The notes beneath the pieces were generated by a model. It was not told where the DNA came from, did no database searches, and saw only the letters and a list, made by a program, of their open reading frames with translations. Positions 49,771-62,628 of a stretch of DNA of 64,000 bases are shown in pieces. Both the position numbers and the translations under genes were made by a program. The stretch comes from Mytilus edulis (Eukaryota). Where the stretch lies: positions 1,426,001 to 1,490,000 of the forward strand of contig NC_092347.1 in the NCBI RefSeq assembly GCF_963676685.1, in the 5' to 3' direction. Numbering within the stretch: the stretch's first letter is position 1; the number at the start of each line of letters is the position of its first letter.

Positions 49771-52048
49771 TTTACTCGTTTTTTTTATGTATGAATTATT
49801 TATTTGAATTATTTGAATTTGCACCGTGTAGTTTCATTATTGGTATAATAACAAAAATCTATTTGTAGCAAAATTGTGTTGTTCGATAAGGCTATTCTTT
49901 ATACTTGAACTGTAATATACTAGTATAAACTTTGAAGAGAAGAGAATATTTTTAATTCACCTAGTTAATGTGTGTAAACTGGGCCCTGAACTGTTTATTC
50001 TTTATTTTAGGGAAACATTGACAATGGCTGCTTATTATATATATCACTCTTGTTTAATTTATTTTGAAGATACTGAAATAACATTTTCATAAAATAAACA
50101 TCCAATTCCATACACGCAGTCACTTTATAATTAAAGATGAAACTGCAAGATGTGATGTCACATCTTATTTTTTCTTGATGTCAAATTCAAATACAGACAG
50201 ACAGCTCGGAATTAAGGATATATGATTATATAATGACAAAATTGATTCCATCTATTTTCAAATTGCCAATTTCCATCAACTAGCCTATTTCCTTATAAAT
50301 TGGATACAAAATAGTCTGATAATTTTGTAATGTGAGAACAGAATGGTGCCAAAATGACTTGACGGAACAGTCTGCGCCTCAAACAATTTTATAGTTTGTC
50401 AAACCTCTTAACATGTTTGGCAGATTCTGATTAAGTCATAAAAGATGAGATGTAATCCTATTCCAGTCTTTTCTTGATGCAAGTTTGATTTTCAAAGAGA
50501 AAGTTTTAGGTGGAAAAGAAAGTTTGTAACAGTCTATAGATTTGTTTCTGTTGTCATAAAAAGTTAAATTATATATAAAAAAAATGTAAGAAAGACCAGT
50601 CCACAATTTTTCTAACGTTTTTGTTTTTGTTTTTTTATTAATTAAAATTAAGAAAATAAAGCTTTTAGATATAGAGTTTATAAGATAAAATTATTTCCTG
50701 TGGAACCCCTCCTTTTGCTCCCTCCATTTTCACCCCTTGCATGAGGCTTTCCAATTTAAGTAAAATGAAAACCTTGCCTCCTAACTGATCAATTCATGAA
50801 CAGGACCGGTAACTCTTTTTATTTTAAAAGAAAATCTACAGTGTAGTTTTATACATGCATATTGTCTGCCTGGAATCTCCGTATGAAAAGAAAGAAATAG
50901 CCTCACTCCAAGATAATATATTCTTGCATCCCGTATTTTTTTTACCCCGTGGGGCTTTCATTAGAATAAATACCAAATATAGAAAGTGAAACTACAATTC
51001 CAAACATTAAGTCTGCGGAAGGCACATAGGAGAAAAAAAAAGATTTTGTTTTTGGCCAAAGGTTGTCGGGCTCTTCTGTGAATCTCGCTGTGTTGAAGAC
51101 CAATTGGTTGCATTGGGCTGTTTTCTGCTCTTTGGTTGGGTTGTTGTCTCTCCGTTACCATTCAGGCTCAATCTTAACTAATACCTTACGATTTAGTTTA
51201 GCATGATAGTGTGGAATTTGACCATAAAATTCTAAAGTTGTCTTCTTTTAAATACACATCTCCTCTGTTTTACTTTTAATGTTTTCTGAAAGAGTACAGC
51301 ATTTTAGTTGCCTTTAAGTTAGCAGTATTTATTAGGATACATCTTGGCAGACACGACTGTTTTTACATTTATTTGTTTCGACTTTTTCAAAATTTGCGTA
51401 TTAGCGGATGTGAGGTAAAAGATACTAGGATGGGCCATTTATTTCCTTAAGTCGAGTTACTCCATTTGTTCCTCCCACAAGACTATTCGTATGTTTTCTT
51501 TGTCATTTTAATGAAAAATCATCTTCTCTTGCGTTGAAAAGTGAAGACAATAGATGCCTTTTTCATCAATTCAGATTATTGTAATTATTACATTTATAAC
51601 TTATTATTAAAACTTCTAACCAATAAAAACGTCGACGTGTTATTTTACGCCCTTATGGTATGTAATATGTATTGTAATCATAATTGTGTATTATGACGGA
51701 TATATGATTCATTCATTTCAACAATAATGAAACTATTTGCTAATCGTGGATAAACTTTTTACAGAGGTAAGTTAGCACTTTTTCAAAAGTTTAGTTTATA
51801 TTATTTTACTATTTTCATACTTTCATGTGGCTGATTGTAATATATATACATTTGATCTAGATCAAAGTTTAAAACATATATACTAACGAGATGGTAATGG
51901 CTGTTTGTCGATCTTTACCTGTATTTGTATACTTTTATAGGTGTAGTACATTCTTTTGCGTTGTTTCGTATTAAGGACACGTATTGATGAAAGCATACTA
52001 TCCTATAGACAATCAAATCCAGTAAAGCCATCATACTTTTTCATTTGA

Positions 52049-52290
52049 ATGTCTAGAAAAGGATATCAGTCAGGGTTGTCCAATGTATGCTTGGGTGTAT
52101 ACAATATTTTTTATCTGATATCTTGTTTTAATGTTGGCTTTTTATTGTAGATCTTTAAAATGACATGACATGTCTAGAAAGGGGTTTCAGTCAGGGTTGT
52201 ACAATGCATGCTTGGGTGTATACAATATTTTTCATTTGACATCTTGCTTTACTGTTTTCTTTTTATTGTAGATCTATAAAATGGCATATG
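52049..52290 (+). repeat. 121-bp tandem duplication spanning the splice acceptor and start codon
   Basis: ATGTCTAGAAA.GG...TCAGTCAGGGTTGT.CAATG.ATGCTTGGGTGTATACAATATTTTT...TTTTATTGTAGATCT.TAAAATG.CAT at 52049 and 52170. Confidence 0.92.
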
Positions 52291-53057
52291 TTGTACCATC
52301 GGCGCCACCAGCGCATGATAATCTAGCGTTACAAATAGAAGAAGATCTACTTTTAGATTTCGATGTTTACAATCAAAGTATCTACAATGACACGGATTCA
52401 GCAAAAATGGCATTACGCCATCCGGAATATTACAATCCTTTTTACCATGACGATTCGGTTGTTCCAGGATCACCGTTTTCTGAAAAATCATTTCAAAGGA
52501 CATTTTCAATACGATCTAAACAGTCAGCTGGTTCTCACTATACTCGACAGATAAATATGTCTATCGGCGAGGAATGGGAAAATCTTCACCAGACATATGA
52601 TACCCCCCGCAGATCAATCACATGTCCTCCTACACCCAATAGACACTTTGTGTTTACTCAGCCATTAAGTCCATGGTCAGAGAAACAAGAATGTATGGCA
52701 CAAGAAGAAGTGGCAGATGAACCTTTAAGATATTTTTTCAATCGTTTATCAGAAGAAGAACGAGTCGCTCCGAAGGACTATGTAATTCAACCAAATCCTC
52801 ATAATAGGTGTAACCATAAGATACATGCCGTGTTACATTGTCCATGTTTCTTTTTCTTCTGTTTGTTGTGTTGCTTACCGGGCGTTCATTTCATGGAGAG
52901 ATCTGACGAAGAGTATAAGTCTGGACATGACGACAGAGCAAAGCATGATGGGAGATGGTCGTCTGCACTGTATACACTGGGAGTAATCGCTGCTGTTGTT
53001 TTTCTATCAGGATTAATATATTTTTCAGTATCTTTTGTACATGGCGATGTATCTTAA
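52281..53057 (+). CDS. CD225/dispanin-like membrane protein with a long disordered N-terminus
   Basis: 258-aa non-repetitive ORF. The C-terminus has a Cys-rich hydrophobic segment (CPCFFFFCLLCCLPG), a loop S...YKSG...RAK, and a TM helix (ALYTLGVIAAVVFLSGLIYFSV). Acceptor AG at 52270-52271, candidate donor AG/GTAAGT at 51767, AATAAA at 53508-53513. Family assignment is by pattern only. Confidence 0.8.
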   Translation: MAYVVPSAPPAHDNLALQIEEDLLLDFDVYNQSIYNDTDSAKMALRHPEYYNPFYHDDSVVPGSPFSEKSFQRTFSIRSKQSAGSHYTRQINMSIGEEWENLHQTYDTPRRSITCPPTPNRHFVFTQPLSPWSEKQECMAQEEVADEPLRYFFNRLSEEERVAPKDYVIQPNPHNRCNHKIHAVLHCPCFFFFCLLCCLPGVHFMERSDEEYKSGHDDRAKHDGRWSSALYTLGVIAAVVFLSGLIYFSVSFVHGDVS

Positions 53058-54345
53058 TATTGTGTAATGATAAAGCCAGGTCATAACGAAATGTATGTTG
53101 TTTCTTTGTTTAATGTGAACATGCGTATTTTTCATAAAAGGAGATACAGTGAAACAAACGTCTATGACACAGCAACCTGAAACGATGCATATACCTATTA
53201 ACAATTGTCACTATATCCTGGGAACAGTATATCTAACGTCAATATATATGTTTCTGATATATCTAACAAAAAGGCAATTTGTAAATATAGGGTTTGTATT
53301 TTCTGTACAAAGTGTACAATGACTATACAGTCTTGGCGTTACTACTTAATTAATTGACTTGCTGATATGTTTCACTCACGGTTATTGGCATAAGTCAGGT
53401 GAAGATAATGGCAGAATCAAACATTTGTGCGTGAATACTTTAGTGAGTGTACTTTATCATTACGTGTATGGTTTCATATGTATATCACAAATAGTAATTT
53501 AACGTAGAATAAATAACAATGGTAGACAGTATTGCATTCTTGTCTCGACTGATTTGTGGAGGAGTCTTGTTTTTACGAGAAAAAAAAATGTAGTTGTCAC
53601 TGTTACATGCTTGTTTTGTTAATGTTATGTCATCTTTGTTTGGATCTTAATAAATTAATAAAATCTTCTTCATAGAGCACCAGTATAGACTTTCTATCTG
53701 TATATATTACCATTGACAAAGAGCAGAGGTAAATAGAGTATGTCAGCTGCATGGAAATCATAAAATGTACACGATATAAACAGAAAAGAAATGATTGATT
53801 GGCTGTTGCTTGCTTAACATGCAGTGGCAATAATTTAATGTATAATTTTGATGAAAAACAAATTAACAATTAAAAAAATCGGTAAGTCCTGCAAAAGAGG
53901 TCAAGGGGGATGGGTCGGAAATGAATTTAGAAAGCAAATGGAAAACAACGATATGTTCGATAGAAACTTTATGCTTGTATAAATTCAGCCGATTATTTGG
54001 GAAATGGAAAGATCAGTAACCGATGTATTTGTTTCATCAGCATTCGTTATTTCAAAACGTCTGCAGTGAAAGTTTTAAGATTACTAAACTCATAGCACCA
54101 GTTTCAAATGTATACTTTGATGGTTGGCCGGATGGATTGATGCTTTACGACAAGTGGCAGCACCATTTCGATCATTATATGTCAGTTGTATTTTTAAAGA
54201 CAAATGTATCTACTAGCTAATGAGCATCAGTTAATGTTCTTGTCTGCATTGAGTCAACTTAAAACTATTGTCTGATCTGTTTGCAGGTGGAATTTCATAA
54301 ACATTTGAAAAAAAATCTAATTAAATATTTCGTGGAAGGGCAGAC

Positions 54346-57300
54346 TAATAAATGTCAGTGGTATTCAATTGTAAAATTGAAGGTCCAAGATACACGTTCG
54401 ATTATGATAAACGAAGTGACAGTTTTCTATCATTTATGCAGGAATGTAATCTGCGTTCTCTACATCTGGAAACAAATGGAATTGGACCAGTTTGTACCTT
54501 TCAGTCCTATCAAGGAGGACCAAAAACCGCCATTGATCATATAATTGTTAGCATTGAAAATCTAACCAAATTTTCAAAAATCCAAGTCCCTGATGAACAT
54601 ATGTTTAATGTTTCAGACCATAAGCCCATTAGATGTTCGTTTGCCCTATCGGACAATACAAACTATGTATCTAAAGACGACGATCTTACTGCTCAAAGGC
54701 GTATATCATGGACTAAAGCTGTACAGAACGGTGCTATTGCCGACTATTCCTTTGCCGTGTCACAATTCTTATGGGACATTAAATCACCAACTGCTACTTC
54801 GGCTAATATTGAACAATACTACAGCGAAATAGTCAATGCTATTTTGAAAGCCGATATGGAAACTCTTCCCGGTAAACAGTACGTAAAACATTTAAAACCG
54901 TATTGGACAAAGACTGTGAAAGAATATCATACAATTATGAGATTACAACGTCGAACATGGATAGAGAATGGTAAATTGCATGACCGTAATGACAAACATT
55001 ACAGTGATTACAAAAGCGCTAAACTGAATTTTAGAAAACAGCTTGAGCTAGCATATGAAAACTACATTAGTGAAATAAATCGTAAAATCGAAGAGTCTGT
55101 CGACTGTGATCAACGTTTTGTATGGTCTGTGATAAAAAGTGGACGCAAAAGTGTATCGCATTGTCAACAATTAAATATTAGCGGTATTCAACTCATTTCT
55201 TCAGACGAAATACGTGACGGTTGGGTGACTCATTTCCAATCTGTATTCAGTTTCGATAGCAACTTGATCAACCCTGTAAATGAAAAAGATATCGATAATA
55301 CTATCAATGACTTGTTAGAAACTGTCCGTACAAACACAAACGAAAATATCGAGGAATTTACTTTCGACGAACTATATAAACTTTGTGACAATTTGCCGTG
55401 TAACAAATCTCCAGGGTTAGATGGAATCTGTTACGAACATTTGAAATACGGCGGAAAGCTACTTCAGCGTCATCTTTGTAGTTTGTTTAATCTTGTATTG
55501 GAAACATGCTACACACCGATAAGCTGGAAAGACAGTTGTATCATACCTCTATTCAAAGGTGGAAACAAATCAAAGTCTGATCCGAATTCATATCGGGGAA
55601 TTTCTCTTCTGTGTAGCATATCAAAACTGTTTGAAAAGGCACTATATACTCGTTTACCATCGCTTCATCACAACTTTCCACACCAATCACAAGTTGCCTA
55701 CCAGAAGACATTATCTAGCACACATGCAAGTTTTAACATGCAAGAAGTCGTACACCATAACTTAGAGCGTCATAGCAATATTATCGTCACACTTCTGGAC
55801 AGCATGAAAGCATTTGATACTCTATGGCACAAAGGACTATTAGTTAAGTTGTATATATATGGAGTTCGGGGTTTAACTTGGCTGTTGATCTATGAAATGT
55901 ACCAGAACATGCGAAGCTGTGTGCAATTTAAAGGAAAGTGTTCAAAATGGTTCAACCTCAAAAGAGGCGTAAGACAAGGTGGGGTGCTGTCTGCTGTTTT
56001 CTATTTAGTGTTCATTAATGATCTCCTTAGACAATTAGATGAAAGTCCTTATGGAAGTATGCTATTCAATCTTCGCGTAAGCAGTACCGTACAAGCGGGT
56101 GACATCGCTCTTATATCTACAACATCAAAAGGTATGAAAACTTTAATAGATATTTGCCAAACATATAGCGAAAATTGGGGCTTCAGATTCTCATCAGCAA
56201 AAAGTGAAGTACTGAAATTTTGTTCTTCAAAATGTGCTACCATAGGTCAACCATTGAAACTTTACGGAGCGGACATTCCAGTAGTAACATCAACCAAGCA
56301 TGTTGGAATTATATTAAATGCCGAATGTAAGAGCATGTCAAGAACTTTAAATGCATGCCGAATTTTGCGTGCAACTGCGTTATCTGTAATGAAATCCGGA
56401 ATACACCCATCGTTCCTTAATCCATTAACGTGCTCCAAAATAGTATTTCAGATGTGTTATCCAAAGGCAATGTTTGCTTGTGAGCTTTGGTATGGTCTTT
56501 CAAATACTGAATAACAATGTTAGAACGTTCTCACAAATATATATGTAAAATAATTCAAGGGCTTCCTGCACGAACACGATCCGACAAGTGCACAAGCCTA
56601 CTCGGTTGGCTTCCTGTGGAATGCTATATTGACAAGTGCAAGTTACAATTTTTTGGAAGATTATGTAGAATGGACAATAACTTATTACCAAAACGTATAC
56701 TATTACTACGACTTTTAGAATTTAGAAACAAATGTGTCAAAAAGCAAGATGGTTTTGTACCAGATCTAATCAGAATAGCCGTTAAATACGATTTGATAAA
56801 CTTTGTTGAAGATTTCGTGAAATCAGGCAGCTTCCCAAGTAAAGCTGTATGGAACAGATATATTTCCACTTCCATAGCGAATTCTGAAAACAACAGATGG
56901 CAACAAAGAATATCAGTTGACAGTGACTTTGAAATTTTCCGTAAAATTCACAAACACAATGTACCACACAGAGCTTGGGTTATTGCTAAAACTAATCCTA
57001 ACTTCAGAGAAGGAGCTAAATATATTGTTGACCTATGTTCCGTCATCCGAACAGAAGAGTCGCCTCTCTTATGCGATAAATGTGGACAGTTTTTCTATAA
57101 CGTTATTGAACATATCATGTGTATGTGCGATCGTCTATCAGACTTAAGAGCGAAGCTTTGGGAGGACTTAATAAGTATTAATCCGATTGTGTTCAGTGTG
57201 TATCTAGACAATCTAACGTCATCCACATTCACAGCAACACTTTTGTCATGTTATACGGAATATGATCTGGATAATGATAACAGTATTTATTTCTCAAAAA

Positions 57301-57591
57301 CTTGTATTACACATGTTCAACGGATGTGCAGCGTTTTTTATAACAGTTAACTTACCTTCTGAAATATTATCATTTACTTTAAAGTGACATTCAACTGATT
57401 CAGTATTATCATTTACTTTAAAGTGACATTCAATTGATTCAATCACTCTTATCAATATATGACATTTAAATAATTTAATCACTCTGATGTCTTGACCAAT
57501 ATGTAAATATTATTATTGTACAAAACTGTTTAATACATGCAAAATCTTCGACAAGAAGGAAATAAAGTTAATATATAATATAATAATGGAA
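54346..57591 (+). mobile_element. 5'-truncated LINE, RTE-X-like, 13-bp TSD
   Basis: TGGAAGGGCAGAC at 54333-54345 and TGGAATGGCAGAC at 57592-57604. The 3' end has AATAAA and a (TAA)n-like tail. A 39-bp duplication lies in the 3' UTR (~57365-57442). Confidence 0.9.
54352..57350 (+). pseudogene. LINE ORF2 (APE endonuclease C-part, RT, C-terminal Cys/His knuckle), inactivated
   Basis: IDHI...SDHKPI; KSPGLDG; YRGISL; KAFDTLWH; GVRQGGVLS; QAGD in place of xADD; CDKC...EHIMCMC. A single frameshift at ~56512 joins the 720-aa and 277-aa ORFs. Confidence 0.9.
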
Positions 57592-58842
57592 TGGAATGGC
57601 AGACACGAAAATTACTGAACTAATAGATTGGTACAAAAAAAATCAAATCAGAGGTTATGCATTTTCTACATCCAACTTGATAGATACCCATGTTGTCGAC
57701 TTGATATCTAATTGTTCTGCTTAACTATGTCATAGATAAATTGAAAACTTATGCAAGTGGTGTTTTAAAAAAAAGAACAACTTTGTAATTGAGCAGAATA
57801 TTGTTATTTTATTGGTTTCTATTAACTTTTAAAATTTTTGTTACTGTACTAGTAAACATTACAGTAATCATTTATCACCTTCTCTTACAAAGAGCTTAGA
57901 TTCTTTTGTCCTATTTCAACAAGAGCATGTTCAAATCTCCAGCAGCTCAAGAGTATAGACAATTTTACATAAAAACTCTTTAGACTTAAGTTGATTGTAT
58001 TTGCTTAGTACTGTAGAGGTGGGTTGTTTTGGTCCTGCACTTTTTTTTTAAAGTGTTTTTGGATTTCCGTCTAAACCTGCATTTTTTTTTAATTCATTTT
58101 CAAACTGTTCAACTTTTAAGAACCAGATTTAAGAATTTACAATCAATATGCTTCATATCAGTCAGGAGTCTACTTCGTCAAAATTATCTCCCCATTACGC
58201 CAGTTCATTTTCACAATCGTAGAAATGGAAACCATTGTAGGGACAATCTAATTAAAAACTGATCTCTCATGCTCCCGTTTTCTGATATGTCCCACGCGAC
58301 ATATCAGAAAACGGGAGCATGAGAGATTGGTTTTTAATTAGATTGTTGTAGGGATGACGCGCTACCAATATTGCTCTTGGAAACCGATAAATTTTTCCAC
58401 ATTGCACCATTACGATCCTTAACATAAAAAGGTGCACTCGATTTTCTCTTTTTGATACAATTGTTACCCATTTTTTGGAATTTTTTTCTTGTCACATAAT
58501 GGAAGGGCAGACACGAAAATTACTGAACTAATAGATTGATATGTTTTCCGTCCGTGGTAATTTTTTCATAAAAATCAGAGGTTATGCATTTTTTTCATCT
58601 AACTTGAAAGATACCCATGTCGTCGACTTGATATCTAATTGTTCTGCTTAACTATGTACTAGATAAATTGAAAACTTATGCAAATGGTGTTTTTGAAATA
58701 AAACACCTCGTAATTGAGAAGAAAATTGCAATTTTGTTTGTTTCTATTAACTTTTTAAAATTTTGTCACTATAGTAAACAATACAGTAAACATTTATCGC
58801 CTTCTTTAACAAAGAGCTTCGATTCTTTTGTTCTATTTCAAC
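57592..58842 (+). repeat. ~330-bp dispersed local duplication (57592-57920 and 58500-58842)
   Basis: GGCAGACACGAAAATTACTGAACTAATAGATTG...GATTCTTTTGT.CTATTTCAAC is colinear in both copies. Confidence 0.9.
58244..58345. mobile_element. 102-bp hairpin (foldback) element with 9-bp TSD
   Basis: 48-bp arms CAATCTAATTAAAAAC...CTGATATGTC / GACATATCAG...GTTTTTAATTAGATTG with a 6-nt loop and 2 mismatches. TTGTAGGGA at 58235-58243 and 58346-58354. Confidence 0.93.
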
Positions 58843-59029
58843 CTGGTTTCCGACTGATATATACATGTTCAAATGCTATGGTATTCGTCAATGGGGCAGG
58901 AACTATCCAACAAAAGTTTATCAAAATTAATCTTAAAGAGGTCTGCTGACTTTTAACGACAATGGAAGTTTTTAACAACCTTAATTGGCTGTACCACCCT
59001 TGCACAGTCAGCAATTCTTAAAAGAACAT

Positions 59030-59315
59030 GCAAGTGCCTGTCCAAAGTCAGGTGCCTGCAATTCAGTGATTGTCATTTGTTTGTGTGTTACATATTTGTT
59101 TTTCTTTTAAATTTTGTACATAAATAAGTCTGTTAGTTTTTTTCTATGTTTGGATTGTTTTACATTGTCATTTCAGGGCCTTTTATAGCTGGCTAGGGGT
59201 GATGCTAATTGTTGAAGGCCGTAGTGACCTATAGTTGTTAATTTGTCATTTTGGTCTCTTGTGGAGGAGAGTTGTCACATTGGCAATCATACCACATCTT
59301 CTTTTCTTTATATAT
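59030..59315 (+). mobile_element. Interspersed repeat family B
   Basis: Colinear with 39806-40090. Confidence 0.8.
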
Positions 59316-59389
59316 ATGTATCTGCTACAAATATCATCTTTTCCGTCATCATAATAAAAAGCAAACAAATTGTTAATAAATTTTGTAAT

Positions 59390-59395
59390 TTTATT
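59390..59395 (-). terminator. Candidate polyadenylation signal of the PGC-1-like gene
   Basis: Minus-strand AATAAA followed by U/GU-rich TTTGTTTGCTTTTT. Would give a ~1.85-kb 3' UTR. Confidence 0.35.
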
Positions 59396-61241
59396 TGAGA
59401 CATTTCATATAAAACAATCATATCAGTCATCACTTCATTCATAACAGTCCATTCAAATGTCTTAATAAACCAAGATCATAGGATCAAAACAATAAGTCAA
59501 AATGGTTTTACAAAAAAATGTTACATAGAAATATATCAAGATGTACAAATCAACTTAAATGAGTCAATCATACCTACAAATATTCCTCTATAAATACAGT
59601 TATATCATGTACTCAGTTGTTACTACAATAGTTTTGTTCCTCTATAAATACACACATGTACACTTCGAGTTCCCTCACAGTTATACACAAATATACCACA
59701 AGTCTGATTACAGCCTATTGTGATTCAGGTTACAGATATAACACTGTTATATAGGCTTTAAATTCAAGGCTTCATTATTCCACTATTTTTATTAACCCAC
59801 CGTTCCTGCAGGCATGTCAATGTTTTATATGTATCAAAATGTTGGAATCATTATGTTATTACTTATAAATCAAGTTTATGCAAGAGAGGTATATGGCAAT
59901 AAAAAATCCCACAGCATATATAACAAAATTCTTTTCTCAAATATAAAAAGCATAGGTTTTGGCTATTCTGCATGTACAAAAGATAGGTTGTAATACTATA
60001 AAATCTGTGTAAATATAAATGAAATAGCTAGCACTATAAACTTGGTAAGTTTTTTGGATATTCATTTAAAAAATACTCTGTCAATAGAAGAAAAGAATAG
60101 GTAAACTTTTGTACAATTATCAAAATCCTCATTAACAATACAGACTCTGAAATTCTTTTCTTTTATTTTGAGACATTCAACCTCTAATTCTTAACATGTG
60201 TTACCCATTTAAATTTCATAGTCCACATAATTAAGTGATCTTTTTATAATGTAAATCAACTTGTCTCCATATAAGATGAAAATATTAGAGATAAATGTGG
60301 ATGCACAGTAAATGGTAAGTGAAATAGGTTAAAATTCAAACACAAAAATTAGCACTAGAGATGTTCAAACCAAATATTTACTGAAGGTTTTAAATATTGT
60401 TTATGTAAAACAACAATTATCTTACAACTTTTAAAATCATGTTAATTCTAATAATGTTAATTAAACTATTATAGATTTTCTTTATAACTTTTTTTCCCTT
60501 AATGTTTAATTTATGTCAATTTAATACAAATATCAATCTTATGGGGGTCTTAATTGACAATATATATGAAAAAAATATCCTTAATCTACAGCTTTGATAT
60601 TAGAATTTAGTAAAATAACTATTATGAAGTATGCTCATGCCTTACTGTCAAAGCAAGTTACACAATTTATATAACACAAAAACCATGACAACCCTCAATA
60701 AAATGCAAAAAGTGTTAACAAATGCCCCAAATAAATTGGTCTATGACTATTTGAACATTTATACAGATCATTACAAATCATTCATTTTCTATATCACCAA
60801 ACACAAACAAAAAACAAATGTTTAACCACATTATGAGAACAACCAAAGGAGTTGATGATACCTCGTTGCAAATGTATCCTAAATCACATTGGGAATGATG
60901 TTGTCATATGTCTACTGTAAAATATGATAGATGTTTGCTTTGTCCAGTGGCAAATATTTCATGCATGTTAAGGACGACTAGATAATGTTTACATGAACTA
61001 CTGTAAAGGGTTCTTTTTATTTTTGTGCTGAAATCATTTTCAAAGATTTCTAGGATTTTTGAGCTTATAGAAAATCACATTGAAGTGGGGGCATATTTTC
61101 ACAATTTTATCTCGTCACAAAATAAGCACAACACAAAATTCCTTGAGCAAATTTGTAACTTTTACAGTATTATAGATGATAAGATGACTATTCCACTACT
61201 TTGAAAGACTGTAGGATTGTTTTATTATTGCTTGTCCAATA

Positions 61242-61351
61242 TTATCTCTTGCTCATTTTATTCTTGGCTTGTTTTAACAAGGCATCAAAATCAAAAGGAT
61301 CAGATGATGTGGGGTATGGATTGAATTCTTCCTCCATTTCTGCATTCCCAT
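61242..61351 (-). CDS. PPARGC1: PGC-1/PPRC1 family coactivator, last coding exon
   Basis: (D)GNAEMEEEFNPYPTSSDPFDFDALLKQAKNKMSKR*, preceded by acceptor TTGTAG. Matches the conserved PGC-1 C-terminal DFDxLLKxA motif. Confidence 0.9.
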
Positions 61352-62165
61352 CTACAAGAAAAAATATTCATAACATTATTTGGTATCTGTATTACCCATA
61401 GGATTTCAGGCAATGTCAAAAGGTCAAACATTAACACTTTCAAGGTGTATTTAATACTAACAGGTGATCCTTGCAAGTTTCAAAGGTAATTTAGAAAAAA
61501 GATCAAAGTGCTGCTCCTGAGCATTGGAGATCAGTAGAGGATAAAGATTGCAATTATTTTGCAGTGGGAACTAAAAATTCAATATAGCTTAATACAAAAC
61601 TGTTTTAAGCATTGGAAGGCAAAACTATGAATAGATTACTACAATTGTGGACAAAGGAAGATAACTTCAATATTTTATATTTTTTTGACATTATCAATAT
61701 TTTCACAACAGACTCTAGATCCCATGTACATATGTTACTTTCTTGACAGGTGTGGTAACTCACATACACATCATTTTCTAATCTAAATAAAATCATATTT
61801 CAATGAATAATTTCTTTAAATGTTCATAAATAGAATCTACAATGCTCTATCTATTGTTAATCTCAAAAACAGTGATATAGTCTGAAAAATTGATAATATC
61901 AAGCCAGTTAAATAAGGACTTTAATTGCATTATTGCAATCTGTACCTCCAAAAAACTTTTTCTTGAATATTTAAAACATACAAAACAACTTAAATTACTG
62001 TAGTTATATTTCTATATCCCCGGATTTTATAGTGAAAATTGGTGCAAAGGTGCCAGGTGTAATCCTTATGACATGAATTACATGTATATATTAAGTGTTA
62101 TTTCTACAATCCATGTTAACCATGTTTTATAAATGTCCAAAATGAATTAGTAAGTTAGTACATAC

Positions 62166-62252
62166 CTAGGTCAGCATATTCTGTTTCACAAAACTGTCTT
62201 CTGCCACCAAAACAAAGATCAAACCGTTCTTCACCAGGTATAGTATTGCCCT
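62166..62252 (-). CDS. PPARGC1: PGC-1/PPRC1 family coactivator exon
   Basis: (K)GNTIPGEERFDLCFGGRRQFCETEYADL, with TTTCAG acceptor and GTATGT donor. Phases are consistent. Confidence 0.93.
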   Translation of the reverse strand, partial: RAILYLVKNGLIFVLVAEDSFVKQNMLT

Positions 62253-62569
62253 CTGAAAAAATCAGTATTCAATTTATTATTTTTTAAAAATACACCCAGA
62301 CTTTTTTCCAAAATAATTATATATTTGCTACTTCCTTAAATTTATGCAACACTTTTCCATACATGTGTCCAATCTTATACATTGTTATAGGTTCATGTGC
62401 TCTTTCAAAACCCTCTTTACTACTGGACATATTTCTATAAAAGTTTTTAAACACTTTTCATCCTAAATCTTCACTACGTGTTACTTGATGAAGAGTTGAC
62501 TTTAAGGAATTCTGAGTAGGAACAAGAGCTTCCTTTCTATAAAACCTACTACATATTTTGTGAACTTAC

Positions 62570-62628
62570 TTTCTATGGCAGCGTAAGCATCACAGGTGTA
62601 GAGAAAAGTCACAAATCCATAGTTATCT
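62570..62628 (-). CDS. PPARGC1: PGC-1/PPRC1 family coactivator exon (RRM RNP1)
   Basis: (G)DNYGFVTFLYTCDAYAAIE, with TTACAG acceptor and GTAAGT donor. Confidence 0.93.
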
